Of a stretch of DNA of 64,000 nt, positions 26,334 to 34,715 are shown in pieces. Position numbers and translations under genes: made by a program. Every line of letters starts with the position of its first letter. Position 1 is the first letter of the stretch. The DNA is from a virus (Duplodnaviria > Caudoviricetes), in the IMG/VR virus record IMGVR_UViG_3300033076_001139, positions 32,001-96,000 of that record. The stretch is one strand, 5' to 3'. Below the pieces are notes generated by a model, which had not been told where the DNA came from, made no database searches, and was given only the letters and a program-made list of their open reading frames with translations.

Positions 26334-26633
26334 ATGGCGCACCTATCGTATACAGGTAAGGACGGGAAACGAACAACCGCCGGCTTGGCAGGAAATCGTA
26401 GCCTTTCTGCGCACTTAAAAGATCTTGGCGTACTTGGTACCGCCGCAAAACACGGCGTAGAAAAAAGGGAGAATGCCGAATGGATCACAGTTCCGCTGAC
26501 GTACGTCGTGCGTCCGTCCGACGAATTGCGGGTGCGGTCCCCAGCACAGAGCCCCCCGCCAGGCCTCGCGAAGCTCATTCAGTCGGTGCTGAGCCAAGCC
26601 GTCCCAAGGCGGAGATCAAAGTTCTCGAAGTAG
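26334..26633 (+). CDS. hypothetical protein, possibly beta-grasp/ubiquitin-like
   Basis: SL-xHLKDLG...VPLTYVVRPSDELRV pattern; no C-terminal GG. Confidence 0.45.
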   Translation: MAHLSYTGKDGKRTTAGLAGNRSLSAHLKDLGVLGTAAKHGVEKRENAEWITVPLTYVVRPSDELRVRSPAQSPPPGLAKLIQSVLSQAVPRRRSKFSK

Positions 26634-27505
26634 CCAGGCGAGGTACAGCTCTTCAGGAGTTTATTCGGGAGGGCCAGCGAGAGTCTTTGGCGGCGGATGG
26701 GGTTCGTACACTCCTGCTTGACGTGACTGCTAAGGCTCCGGGCATCCTCAATGAGATGCTCATGCGTGCGATGGAGAAGGAGTGCCCCGACGCGGTCCTC
26801 ATTCGCGGCGGAGAAGTGCTGTCCGTAATTCAACCAACGCGTTCCTTCGTGCCCTTCTTTTTCGATCACTGCACGCCCTACGAGTTCGGCGCGTCGAGCC
26901 CTCTGCGTACCAAGTTGGCACTCATGCGCTCCTGTCTCTGCTATAGCAGCGTGGCAGAGGAGGCCCTCCGCGCAGCCGGAGTGTCGCGTGTGCGCGTAGT
27001 TGCGGGGCCGCGTGTTCCGTACGTCGGGCTGCCCCTTCCTGAGAAGCTGACAGTAGGTGTCCTCAAGACCTCGGCAGATGCGGCACAGACGCTCTCCAGC
27101 ATCGTGTCGATGCGCTCCCAGCACGACCGAGATTACCGGATCGTATCTTCCATCAAGATGAAGGGAGTGGACCTGCTTCCCTCCGACATCGACGTGGCGG
27201 AAGCCTCGACAGTACTTGTCTCCCCCACGGATTTCGGAGACATCGGCCAGCCCCACGAGGGCGCGGCTCTGGCTCTCGCCTTTGGACGTACCCTGATCAC
27301 GACGCAGACCTCGGGGTTTGCGCAGATAAACTTCCCGGCGGGCACGTTCATTCAGGTTGTGAAGTACTCGGCAAATTCCTACGCTTCTGCGGTAGAGGTA
27401 TTCTTGGGCAGCAACACCCAGCGAAAGTTACTGGAATGGGTATCGGAAGACCGTACCTTCCCTGACCCGATCCCGGGTATTATTCGCAAAGGCCTGGAGA
27501 AGTAA
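26480..27505 (+). CDS. glycosyltransferase-like (GT-B) protein; true start probably near 26620
   Basis: IKVLEV strand, PDAVLI, C-terminal E-G---LALAFGRTLITT. Confidence 0.55.
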   Translation: MDHSSADVRRASVRRIAGAVPSTEPPARPREAHSVGAEPSRPKAEIKVLEVARRGTALQEFIREGQRESLAADGVRTLLLDVTAKAPGILNEMLMRAMEKECPDAVLIRGGEVLSVIQPTRSFVPFFFDHCTPYEFGASSPLRTKLALMRSCLCYSSVAEEALRAAGVSRVRVVAGPRVPYVGLPLPEKLTVGVLKTSADAAQTLSSIVSMRSQHDRDYRIVSSIKMKGVDLLPSDIDVAEASTVLVSPTDFGDIGQPHEGAALALAFGRTLITTQTSGFAQINFPAGTFIQVVKYSANSYASAVEVFLGSNTQRKLLEWVSEDRTFPDPIPGIIRKGLEK

Positions 27506-27741
27506 TGCGCGTAGAAGATGTACCACAGACGGGGCGGGATCGCCGCCGTACGCTCCGACAGGCGCGGATGGGCGTAGTAGTTCTTGAGACCCCCAAGTAC
27601 GCAGACGCGTTCAAGACGTTCTCCAGCCTAGAGTTGCTGTTTGACGCCCTTGACCGCGAAAAGACACGCACGGATAACGTCGGCAAGTTTGCAAACGCAT
27701 TGTCCTCTGCGTGGAACGGGAGGAAGTCGTGGCGGATCTGA
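27505..27741 (+). CDS. hypothetical protein
   Basis: TAATG coupling. Confidence 0.6.
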   Translation: MRVEDVPQTGRDRRRTLRQARMGVVVLETPKYADAFKTFSSLELLFDALDREKTRTDNVGKFANALSSAWNGRKSWRI

Positions 27742-27899
27742 AGGTTCTTGTTCCGGCTACCTGCCCTCACTGCTCATCCAAGAAAACAGCCCGCGGCGGC
27801 TACCTGCCCTCAGAGGGCGGTTCTGTATGGAAGTGCAGAAATCCTGAGTGCGAGAAGTCTTTCACGGTAAAGACACTAATTTTCCAGAAGGCACCTTGA
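27729..27899 (+). CDS. zinc-ribbon protein
   Basis: CPHC...WKCRNPEC-KSF. Confidence 0.65.
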   Translation: MADLKVLVPATCPHCSSKKTARGGYLPSEGGSVWKCRNPECEKSFTVKTLIFQKAP

Positions 27900-27932
27900 C
27901 GCTTGTACTGACGCGTGAGTACATGACAGGTC

Positions 27933-28316
27933 ATGGACTGGGAACCTGACGACATTGAGCCGGAGCCGGAGGAAGCGAAACCCGCTCCCGCAAAGGGGCC
28001 TCCTGGCCTTCGCTCACGCGCTGACGACGTACTTGACGCCGTGGCCGGGCGACCCATCGGCGCGCGTCATCGTCCCTGCCCTCGGTGCCAATCAGATAAA
28101 TTTACCGTGATCTCTCCTCTAGAAGGTGGGGTTGCGTTTCGACGCTGCCAGAAGTGCAAGTTGGAGATTCCCTGGGCGTCTGTCAGCTCGCGACTGATCA
28201 CAGACCAGCACCGGATCCCCTCCTCGGCACCTGGTCCGTTTGCTGGACAGCCCCCACCGCCTCCAGAATTCTCAGACCCCAATACGCCACTCTTCAAGAA
28301 GAAGTCCCGGAGCTAG
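27933..28316 (+). CDS. zinc-ribbon protein
   Basis: CPRC...CQKC; TTGACG upstream. Confidence 0.7.
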   Translation: MDWEPDDIEPEPEEAKPAPAKGPPGLRSRADDVLDAVAGRPIGARHRPCPRCQSDKFTVISPLEGGVAFRRCQKCKLEIPWASVSSRLITDQHRIPSSAPGPFAGQPPPPPEFSDPNTPLFKKKSRS

Positions 28317-28319
28317 TTC

Positions 28320-29096
28320 ATGTCGAAGACCACGACGCAGTTTTCCGACTCCCCCGCCGCACCCCCTCCGTACCGCAAGATCATTGACCAGGCGAAGGCC
28401 CGTGCCGCAGCGCAGGAGCGTCCGGGCCCAATGCAGGGGGTTCCGCGCTTTGATCAGCTCCCTGACCGCAACTCTCCGATGGAAGTGCAGCCGGTAGCAA
28501 ACACCGACAAGCCCCTTCTCTCGGACAAGACCGTTGAGGGGCTTAAGGCCATCAACGCGCAGGTCCAGCGTACGCAGAAGGCGGCAGAGCCAGAGGACGA
28601 GGTAGCTGAGGTCAAGAAGGCCGAGGAGCTTACTCCTGAGCCATTGGAGCTGAGCGAGGACGAGAAGCTCCGTCAGGCCATTGAGAAGCGCCTCACCCCT
28701 ATCGACATTGGGCAGTACCTTCTCTCTGGCGGAGAGGTCACGCAGAACATCCCCATCATCCCCGGCAAGCTTGAGGTGAAGTTCCGCACGATCACCGAGT
28801 ACGAGGAAGGCTGGGTGGACACCTACCTCGGCAAGCAGAAGGAGCTGACGAACCGTCAGGTACTCCGCGCCCTGAACGAGTGTAGCCTCGCCTGCTACAT
28901 CGAGAGCGTCAACGGCGTGAAGTGGCCCCCTGCTATTGGACGCGACGGACAGGTCATCCCACAGAATATCGACGAGCGGCTTTCGCGCGTCCGTAAGTTC
29001 CACTCCAGCATCTTTGCCCTGATGGTGCAGAACCTCGGCTGGTTTGTTGAGCGTGTCAATAAGTCGCTGACCACGGAAGCTCTGGGAAATGGCTGA
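28320..29096 (+). CDS. tail assembly chaperone (gpG-like)
   Basis: ends ...CTG GGA AAT GGC TGA with an in-frame G GGA AAT slippery heptamer. Confidence 0.75.
   Translation: MSKTTTQFSDSPAAPPPYRKIIDQAKARAAAQERPGPMQGVPRFDQLPDRNSPMEVQPVANTDKPLLSDKTVEGLKAINAQVQRTQKAAEPEDEVAEVKKAEELTPEPLELSEDEKLRQAIEKRLTPIDIGQYLLSGGEVTQNIPIIPGKLEVKFRTITEYEEGWVDTYLGKQKELTNRQVLRALNECSLACYIESVNGVKWPPAIGRDGQVIPQNIDERLSRVRKFHSSIFALMVQNLGWFVERVNKSLTTEALGNG
29084..29090 (+). promoter_or_regulatory. -1 programmed ribosomal frameshift site GGGAAAT
   Basis: X XXY YYZ in the correct frame; the -1 frame is open to 29527. Confidence 0.8.
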
Positions 29097-29527
29097 GAAC
29101 CCCAGTCGGTTGGGCACGCGCCAACGTGCTCTACGACAAGATGAGGGAGCCGCCGCGCTACGGCTCCTTGCTGGAGGTTCTCTGCCTCATCATCTGGAAG
29201 CACCGGCAGTCGCTCATGGTTGCTAGCGTACGCGCGCAGGCTCAGGCGTCTATCGGTGGCGATGCTGCCGTAGAGGCGTTCAAGGAGTTCAAGTCACAGG
29301 TGAATCGGATCGAGATCGAGGACCAAGAGAACAAGATGCGTTCCGCGCTCAAGGACTGGTCCAAGGTACCGGAAATCCGCTTCAAGCCTGTGGCTCCGTT
29401 AGGAGCGGCTCCGGCACTTCCCTCTACGATCAAGTCGTCAGAGGTAGACGCGGTAGACGAGCACAAGGATGCAATTCGCCGCGTGCTCAACAGTTCCAAG
29501 CTACGTCCCCTTCCGAGGAATAAATGA
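29090..29527 (+). CDS. frameshift extension (gpT-like) of the tail assembly chaperone
   Basis: -1 frame reads WLRTPVGWARANVLYDKMREPP..., no RBS before GTG 29126. Confidence 0.75.
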   Translation, partial: WLRTPVGWARANVLYDKMREPPRYGSLLEVLCLIIWKHRQSLMVASVRAQAQASIGGDAAVEAFKEFKSQVNRIEIEDQENKMRSALKDWSKVPEIRFKPVAPLGAAPALPSTIKSSEVDAVDEHKDAIRRVLNSSKLRPLPRNK

Positions 29528-29796
29528 CTCTCATCGCATACGGAGAAATCCGTTTCCTGACGGGCGAGGCCTCTCTGTTTGCGCGGTTTGCGCAGGCTGA
29601 CGGCGCGACCTTTGACATGCCTCTCAGCGAGGAGCAGTTCACGATTCTCCTTGCGGGGGTTGGTGCGGGCACGCAGACGCCCGCACCCCCGCAGCCACAA
29701 AAGCGTGCGTCCATAATGGAAGAGGAAGAGGACGGCGTGGACGATTCCCGCCCATTCTCCGTAGCATTCCAGGACGAGGATGATGACGAGCTATGA
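29524..29796 (+). CDS. acidic hypothetical protein
   Basis: GAGG RBS, coupled. Confidence 0.7.
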   Translation: MTLIAYGEIRFLTGEASLFARFAQADGATFDMPLSEEQFTILLAGVGAGTQTPAPPQPQKRASIMEEEEDGVDDSRPFSVAFQDEDDDEL

Positions 29797-30170
29797 GCGA
29801 CCTACTGCGACTTGAGCACAAGATCGACCTGATCATTGCTGCTCTTCAGCACAAGGGAATCCTACTGCCTACCCGTGATCTCCCACAGATGACGGAAATG
29901 GGCACGCCAGGAGATAACTGCCCCGCGTGCGGGTCGCAGGTTCGCCTGACCTTGGATTTTGCCAAAGAAGGCATCATCCGCACATGTGCGTGCGTGCCGC
30001 CAATCCGGGTTGTTCCCGGAATTTCCTCTCTTCTCAATCCCCCCGCCATAAGGAGCGACAATGCCCTCAGTAGCAAGCCCGAAGCAGACAACGCAGTTTC
30101 ACCCGACGCTACGCCGCAAGGTGGTGGCCTCGGCGGACGTACTTCTCCAGCAGGTCCAGGTAGTCGATAA
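29793..30170 (+). CDS. zinc-binding hypothetical protein
   Basis: CPAC...CAC. Confidence 0.6.
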   Translation: MSDLLRLEHKIDLIIAALQHKGILLPTRDLPQMTEMGTPGDNCPACGSQVRLTLDFAKEGIIRTCACVPPIRVVPGISSLLNPPAIRSDNALSSKPEADNAVSPDATPQGGGLGGRTSPAGPGSR

Positions 30171-30456
30171 GGACGGAGCGATCCGCAGCCTTATCGTCTG
30201 GCGTTGCGGCACGGACGGCTTTTATGCCGAGAGCATCGCGGCCCTCTCTGACCCCCAGCGTCTGCGTGTTCTTCCCGCTTGGGTCAAGGAGCAACTTGAG
30301 GGGCTCGGAGCAGACCGCGATCTTGACTGGCGTGGCAATCCTAAGACGGGTGCCAAGCCGGTGACTGCGTCGGTTCAGATGCCGCTCCCCTCTGCCGCGC
30401 CTGTTGCCCCCGTAAAGGGCGGCGATGACGACCTTCCGGACTTCAAGTCCGCCTGA
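30061..30456 (+). CDS. hypothetical protein
   Basis: AAGGAG RBS; DDDLPDF near C-terminus. Confidence 0.75.
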   Translation: MPSVASPKQTTQFHPTLRRKVVASADVLLQQVQVVDKDGAIRSLIVWRCGTDGFYAESIAALSDPQRLRVLPAWVKEQLEGLGADRDLDWRGNPKTGAKPVTASVQMPLPSAAPVAPVKGGDDDLPDFKSA

Positions 30457-30465
30457 GAGGTAGAC

Positions 30466-30624
30466 ATGGCGACCGTAAAGGATGATCGACTTCAGATCCG
30501 TATTGATGCGGATCTGAAGGCCCGTTTCAAGAACTACGCCGACAAGCGCAAGGTTGAGATGAGCCAGATCCTAGAGGACTACATTCGCCGACTTCTCAAC
30601 AAGAAGGACGACGATGCTACCTGA
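30466..30624 (+). CDS. ribbon-helix-helix DNA-binding protein, 52 aa (not in ORF track)
   Basis: MATVKDDRLQIRIDADLKARFKNYADKRKVEMSQILEDYIRRLL; GAGGT RBS. Confidence 0.85.
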   Translation: MATVKDDRLQIRIDADLKARFKNYADKRKVEMSQILEDYIRRLLNKKDDDAT

Positions 30625-31144
30625 GATCGAAGCCAAGGTTCCCGTTACAGAGGTTGTGCCGTTGGTAGGTACAACTCTGTCAAGTTTACTCGACCAACTC
30701 AAGGGCATCTTCGCGGGCACATATCGGGTTTCTCGGTTTGTGTACTCTCGCGGAGAAGCACTCAGAGTAGAGCGGCTTGTGCCTGTGTCAGTTGCTAATT
30801 CCTCGCGGGATCAGTTTGCCACGCCATTCCAATTTGCGCGGCAGCACTCCCGTATTGAGCTACAGGAACGGGACGACTTCGATTCCTCATTGAGCATGGT
30901 TTTCCGGGCGATCACACGTTGCCGTGACGAGAAGTCCCCTGCGCGGTTTCTGGTTTGTCGCCAGGAGTCGCGCGCGAATCAGTGGGTATTCGACGAGGCC
31001 AAGTTTTCGTTGTCTACGATTTTCGGTCTCACTGTTTACGAAGACCCTGACACTCCCGAGGGCTGCCTCGTTGTGTGTGGGTCTAGTGCTGGCGACCTAA
31101 TCTCTGACACGGAGTTCAGCGTCGTATGCCGCCTGAAGGAATAA
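30614..31144 (+). CDS. hypothetical protein
   Basis: operon chain. Confidence 0.7.
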   Translation: MLPEIEAKVPVTEVVPLVGTTLSSLLDQLKGIFAGTYRVSRFVYSRGEALRVERLVPVSVANSSRDQFATPFQFARQHSRIELQERDDFDSSLSMVFRAITRCRDEKSPARFLVCRQESRANQWVFDEAKFSLSTIFGLTVYEDPDTPEGCLVVCGSSAGDLISDTEFSVVCRLKE

Positions 31145-31246
31145 ACGAACCGCCGGAGCAAGATCAGCCGGAGGACTACTCCTCTTGGGATACGCCGCCG
31201 TCTGATCCTGAACTTGAAGACCCCCTACAACAGTTGTACGCGCTGA

Positions 31247-31813
31247 TTGAGCGCGATCTCAGGATGGGACATGTTCGCGAGTCAGATTGAGAAATCCTCT
31301 GTTGTCACTTTAGTCTCTGAGGAGACAAGTGAGGACGGCGGGTCACACAAGGTATTGCTGCGCGTCACGGATATGCGGCGCTGGGGCAAGATGGTGGTGT
31401 CTCTCCTAAAGGCGCCAGAGGAGGCAGCGGAGGAGCCGTCATTTGGGGTATCTGTCCGAAAGGAATACTACCTAGACGAAGGCGGCTCTCCGACGTTCTG
31501 CTGGGTTCTGCTGTTCTGGGGAGAGATTGACGATGCCGTAGAGGCGTGCGGGCCTCTGCTTGGCAAGAGCTACGCGCCTCCTCCGCCTCCCGCCGGGGCA
31601 GTTGTTGCTGCACCGGCAGCCAAGAAGCAGGCCATCCCAATGCAGAAGCGACGTGTCACATCGGAGGACGGAACCGAGCGCGTGCTTACTGTCGTCCCTC
31701 TCGGTGGCCATGGGGCCGAACGTAACGTCAAGGGAAAGTCTCCTCGGCGTGCCTTTGTGGACAATACCAACTTCGCAAATGACGGAAGCAACCCGCAGGA
31801 GTCCTCGATATGA
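31247..31813 (+). CDS. hypothetical protein
   Basis: operon chain, start uncertain. Confidence 0.7.
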   Translation: MSAISGWDMFASQIEKSSVVTLVSEETSEDGGSHKVLLRVTDMRRWGKMVVSLLKAPEEAAEEPSFGVSVRKEYYLDEGGSPTFCWVLLFWGEIDDAVEACGPLLGKSYAPPPPPAGAVVAAPAAKKQAIPMQKRRVTSEDGTERVLTVVPLGGHGAERNVKGKSPRRAFVDNTNFANDGSNPQESSI

Positions 31814-32460
31814 GCCAGGACAATAAGCAGTTTGAGGAATTCCGGGCTCGACTCTTTGAGGAGATTAAGGAAGAGAGCGAAAAGACCGCATCGGAAATGC
31901 AGAAAAAGGCGCGGTACAAGATCCAGCTTTTCTTCCAATCTGAGAGGTCGGACAAGAAGCCCATCGCCTTTACCCTCTCGGTGTGGGAGTCCGGAAAGCG
32001 ACTGCACGGTGGCGGAGACGAGTGTCTCTTTATCTGCCGTCGTCAGCGTGGCGCAGGCGGCAAGCCGTTTGACGTCATGGGCAAGGAAGTGAAGTCGCCC
32101 ATGGGCTGCGGCGGGTTCATCACAGGCGATCTGGTATCCGAGGAGGGAACCATGATTTGTCCTCACTGCCTGCTTCCCCACAAGAGCACGGAGGTTGGAG
32201 ACAGCGTGTTCTTCCGGCTCCCAGTAGATAAAGCAGCAGCCGTACTTGAGCAGTGGTGGTACAAGTTGGGCGGGGACGCGGACGTGTACATGAAGTACTC
32301 GCCGTTTGATGTACGCGTGAAGATGATGCAGGATGCCTACGGGGTGCGTAAAGCCCGAGAGCTGAAGGGCATGACGATCTACCCCCTTGAGAACATCCTC
32401 AAGGACACGGCAACTGGTGCATCTGTCCAATCTCGGTTCCGCGCGCTAATATTGGCGTGA
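31810..32460 (+). CDS. zinc-binding hypothetical protein
   Basis: AGGAG RBS; GCG...CPHC. Confidence 0.8.
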   Translation: MSQDNKQFEEFRARLFEEIKEESEKTASEMQKKARYKIQLFFQSERSDKKPIAFTLSVWESGKRLHGGGDECLFICRRQRGAGGKPFDVMGKEVKSPMGCGGFITGDLVSEEGTMICPHCLLPHKSTEVGDSVFFRLPVDKAAAVLEQWWYKLGGDADVYMKYSPFDVRVKMMQDAYGVRKARELKGMTIYPLENILKDTATGASVQSRFRALILA

Positions 32461-32472
32461 CCTGAGGCCGTC

Positions 32473-32706
32473 ATGCAGAAGATCGCGAAGCCGGGCGAGG
32501 CACCTAACTATCGCCCGGCAGAGAACTCAAACGCCAGTTGCCAGACTTGCTTCTACTTCGGCAAGTACAACAACGGATCTGGGTACTGCAACCAGTACAA
32601 GTTCTCCGCGCGTGAGGCCTTTACGTGTGATGGCTTTACTCCTTCGGCGCAAAAATCGGCGTCTGTTGCAGATAGCGGGCCGTTCCTAAAGGGGCGGTAC
32701 TCATGA
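32473..32706 (+). CDS. HiPIP-like four-Cys small protein with KIA/KSAS motifs
   Basis: NYR...CQTCFYF...GYC--Y.....FTCDGF. Confidence 0.6.
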   Translation: MQKIAKPGEAPNYRPAENSNASCQTCFYFGKYNNGSGYCNQYKFSAREAFTCDGFTPSAQKSASVADSGPFLKGRYS

Positions 32707-33128
32707 GCCCCGAGGTTCTTTCCGCGTTTGCACGCGAGATAGTCAAGGTTGCGGCGTTGTCCGGTTCCAAAGAGGACATCAGCTCGGGCCGAAAGGTCGA
32801 TGCCTTCTTCCTTTCTGCGGAACCTAAAAAGAAGTGGGACGAGTTCAAAGAGAACGTTGCACGACGCTCCTTCGTCCAGAAGGTGCTGGCGGACCCCCGC
32901 ACAGACCAGAAGCTCCTCGTACACGCGGACTCCATGAACCGCCTTGCCACTGGGCAGCGTCTTGGCATGGTTCCGGGAGCTAACGGCGAGACCTACGAGA
33001 TCAAGCGGCTACGGGGGTCCAGCGAGCTGGGCTGTACCTGCGCGGACTGGCGCTACAAGAAGTCAGTTGCCCCTGCGGGACAGCGCGAGTGCAAGCACAT
33101 CCGCATGTTCCAGGGTGGTAAAAATTGA
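32703..33128 (+). CDS. SWIM zinc-finger protein with AFAREIVKVA N-terminal motif
   Basis: CTCADW...CKHI. Confidence 0.8.
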   Translation: MSPEVLSAFAREIVKVAALSGSKEDISSGRKVDAFFLSAEPKKKWDEFKENVARRSFVQKVLADPRTDQKLLVHADSMNRLATGQRLGMVPGANGETYEIKRLRGSSELGCTCADWRYKKSVAPAGQRECKHIRMFQGGKN

Positions 33129-33285
33129 CTCCCTGCTTGGACGGTTCACCGCTTCTCCCAGGGAGGCTCCTACTTCCCTCTCGGTTCGTGGGCCAGCCAT
33201 CCTCCCTCAACACGAGGTGAGTGGTTTTCTGAGCATAGACTTTATAACTGTTTTTCGTTTCTTTTAGTCCCAAGAGGAAGGACAC

Positions 33286-33543
33286 ATGAGCAAGACTGTT
33301 GGCGAGGTTCTACAGGAGGTACGCGAGCTGAAGGAGCGGGCGACGGTGCATCAGGCACTCGCGAGCTACCTGCGGACGTACTACATGGGTCGGGACTCTG
33401 GGAAGTCGCAGAAGCAGCTCAGCTGCGAAGCGGCCCCAGTTGCCGAGCGGGTGATCGAAGAGATCGCCTGTGAACTTGAGGAGACTGCCAAGGAGGCAGT
33501 CTCTATCGCTAACAGCACACTCTCGGAGAAGTATGATGGGTAG
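33286..33543 (+). CDS. hypothetical helical protein
   Basis: AAGGA RBS. Confidence 0.7.
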   Translation: MSKTVGEVLQEVRELKERATVHQALASYLRTYYMGRDSGKSQKQLSCEAAPVAERVIEEIACELEETAKEAVSIANSTLSEKYDG

Positions 33544-33967
33544 CCCCACGCGCAGCGCACGCAACCTTGCCGCCTCTGCCACTGAAGTCGCAAATCAGGC
33601 TGTTGAGGTCACCAAGGACAACCAGTTCCTGCTGACGCAAGTACTTGATGAAATGTCCAAGCTGACCGAGGCCATCGACATCATCTGGGCGCAGCAGGAG
33701 GCTATGCGTGGGGCAATGGAGGCGATGGATACCACGCTTGCCGCCCTCAAGCAGACGGTGCTTCGCTCGGGTAACGCTGCCAGCGCGCAGTTCGATGAGG
33801 CGGAACGTTCTTTTGCAGAGAAGAAGGCTAAGCTTCGCGCCGCGCGAGAAGTTGCGCTTCAGCAGGCAGAACTTGCAAATACCCCCGCACCGGTAGAGAA
33901 TAAGCCCTCACCGGTTTCCCCTGGTAGCTCCAGCTACCCATCAGAAGCTTTTGTTTTCGGAGGCTAG
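33533..33967 (+). CDS. coiled-coil protein
   Basis: GGAG RBS, heptad pattern. Confidence 0.75.
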   Translation: MMGSPTRSARNLAASATEVANQAVEVTKDNQFLLTQVLDEMSKLTEAIDIIWAQQEAMRGAMEAMDTTLAALKQTVLRSGNAASAQFDEAERSFAEKKAKLRAAREVALQQAELANTPAPVENKPSPVSPGSSSYPSEAFVFGG

Positions 33968-33968
33968 C

Positions 33969-34517
33969 ATGCCCAACCAAGAAGCCCTCGTAGCCCACGC
34001 CGACCTGGCCCTAGACTTCCTAGGACATATGCGAATGATGCACCTCTGGTTCCACGGGGCGCATCACCTAGTTAGCGGGGTGTCTTTTTCGGGAGATCAC
34101 GTAAACCTGTTCGGAACGATCTACACAGAGATCGAGGAGCAGATCGACGGGGCCATCGAGAAGTTCGTAGGGCTGATTGGCGAGGACATGGGCGACCCGC
34201 TCGCAATCACCTCCAAGGCCCTTGAGGCCATGCAGGGGTACCAGTCTCCGGCGCACCGTAGCGCAACGGCGATTGCCCTGACTGGTCTTCAGATTGAGAA
34301 GGACTTCCTCAACCTGTGCGAAGAGATGTACGCTGTCCTCAAGCAGAACGACGCCATGACGCTGGGGCTGGACGACTTCATTATGACGACGGCCAGCGCA
34401 CACGAGACGTTCGTCTACCTGCTACAGCAGCGTGTTCGCGAGGCGATGCAGCAGCAGGCACAGACGCAGGGGATGGCCCCGCAGCCTGCTGCAATTCCGG
34501 CCATCCCCGGCCACTAG
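33969..34517 (+). CDS. Dps/ferritin-like protein
   Basis: HGAHHLVSG-SF-xDH-xLF-xIY---EEQIDGAIEK matches the Dps ferroxidase helices. Confidence 0.8.
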   Translation: MPNQEALVAHADLALDFLGHMRMMHLWFHGAHHLVSGVSFSGDHVNLFGTIYTEIEEQIDGAIEKFVGLIGEDMGDPLAITSKALEAMQGYQSPAHRSATAIALTGLQIEKDFLNLCEEMYAVLKQNDAMTLGLDDFIMTTASAHETFVYLLQQRVREAMQQQAQTQGMAPQPAAIPAIPGH

Positions 34518-34674
34518 TGGGTTATACTGACTACGGCGGGGGACTCCCTCCATGAAAGTCCTGCCGTAGTCTTTTCCCCCGCCCGCTTGGTCGTTCGCGA
34601 TGCATCATGAGAGACGCAGTAGGCTAGGCCCGCTCTGAGCCAAAATCAGCACCTGTTGGAAGGAGCTGTGCAGA

Positions 34675-34714
34675 GCTAAATAAATGCCGCCGAGGAGCAC
34701 CTCGGCGGCATTTC
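34675..34714 (-). terminator. intrinsic terminator after the ligase
   Basis: aaatgccgccgagg-agca-cctcggcggcattt. Confidence 0.85.
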
Positions 34715-34715
34715 T

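Noticed and set aside
31570-32430. 286-aa minus-strand ORF (also 28272..29117 and 26579..27256)
   Set aside because: Antisense shadows of coupled plus-strand genes with RBSs
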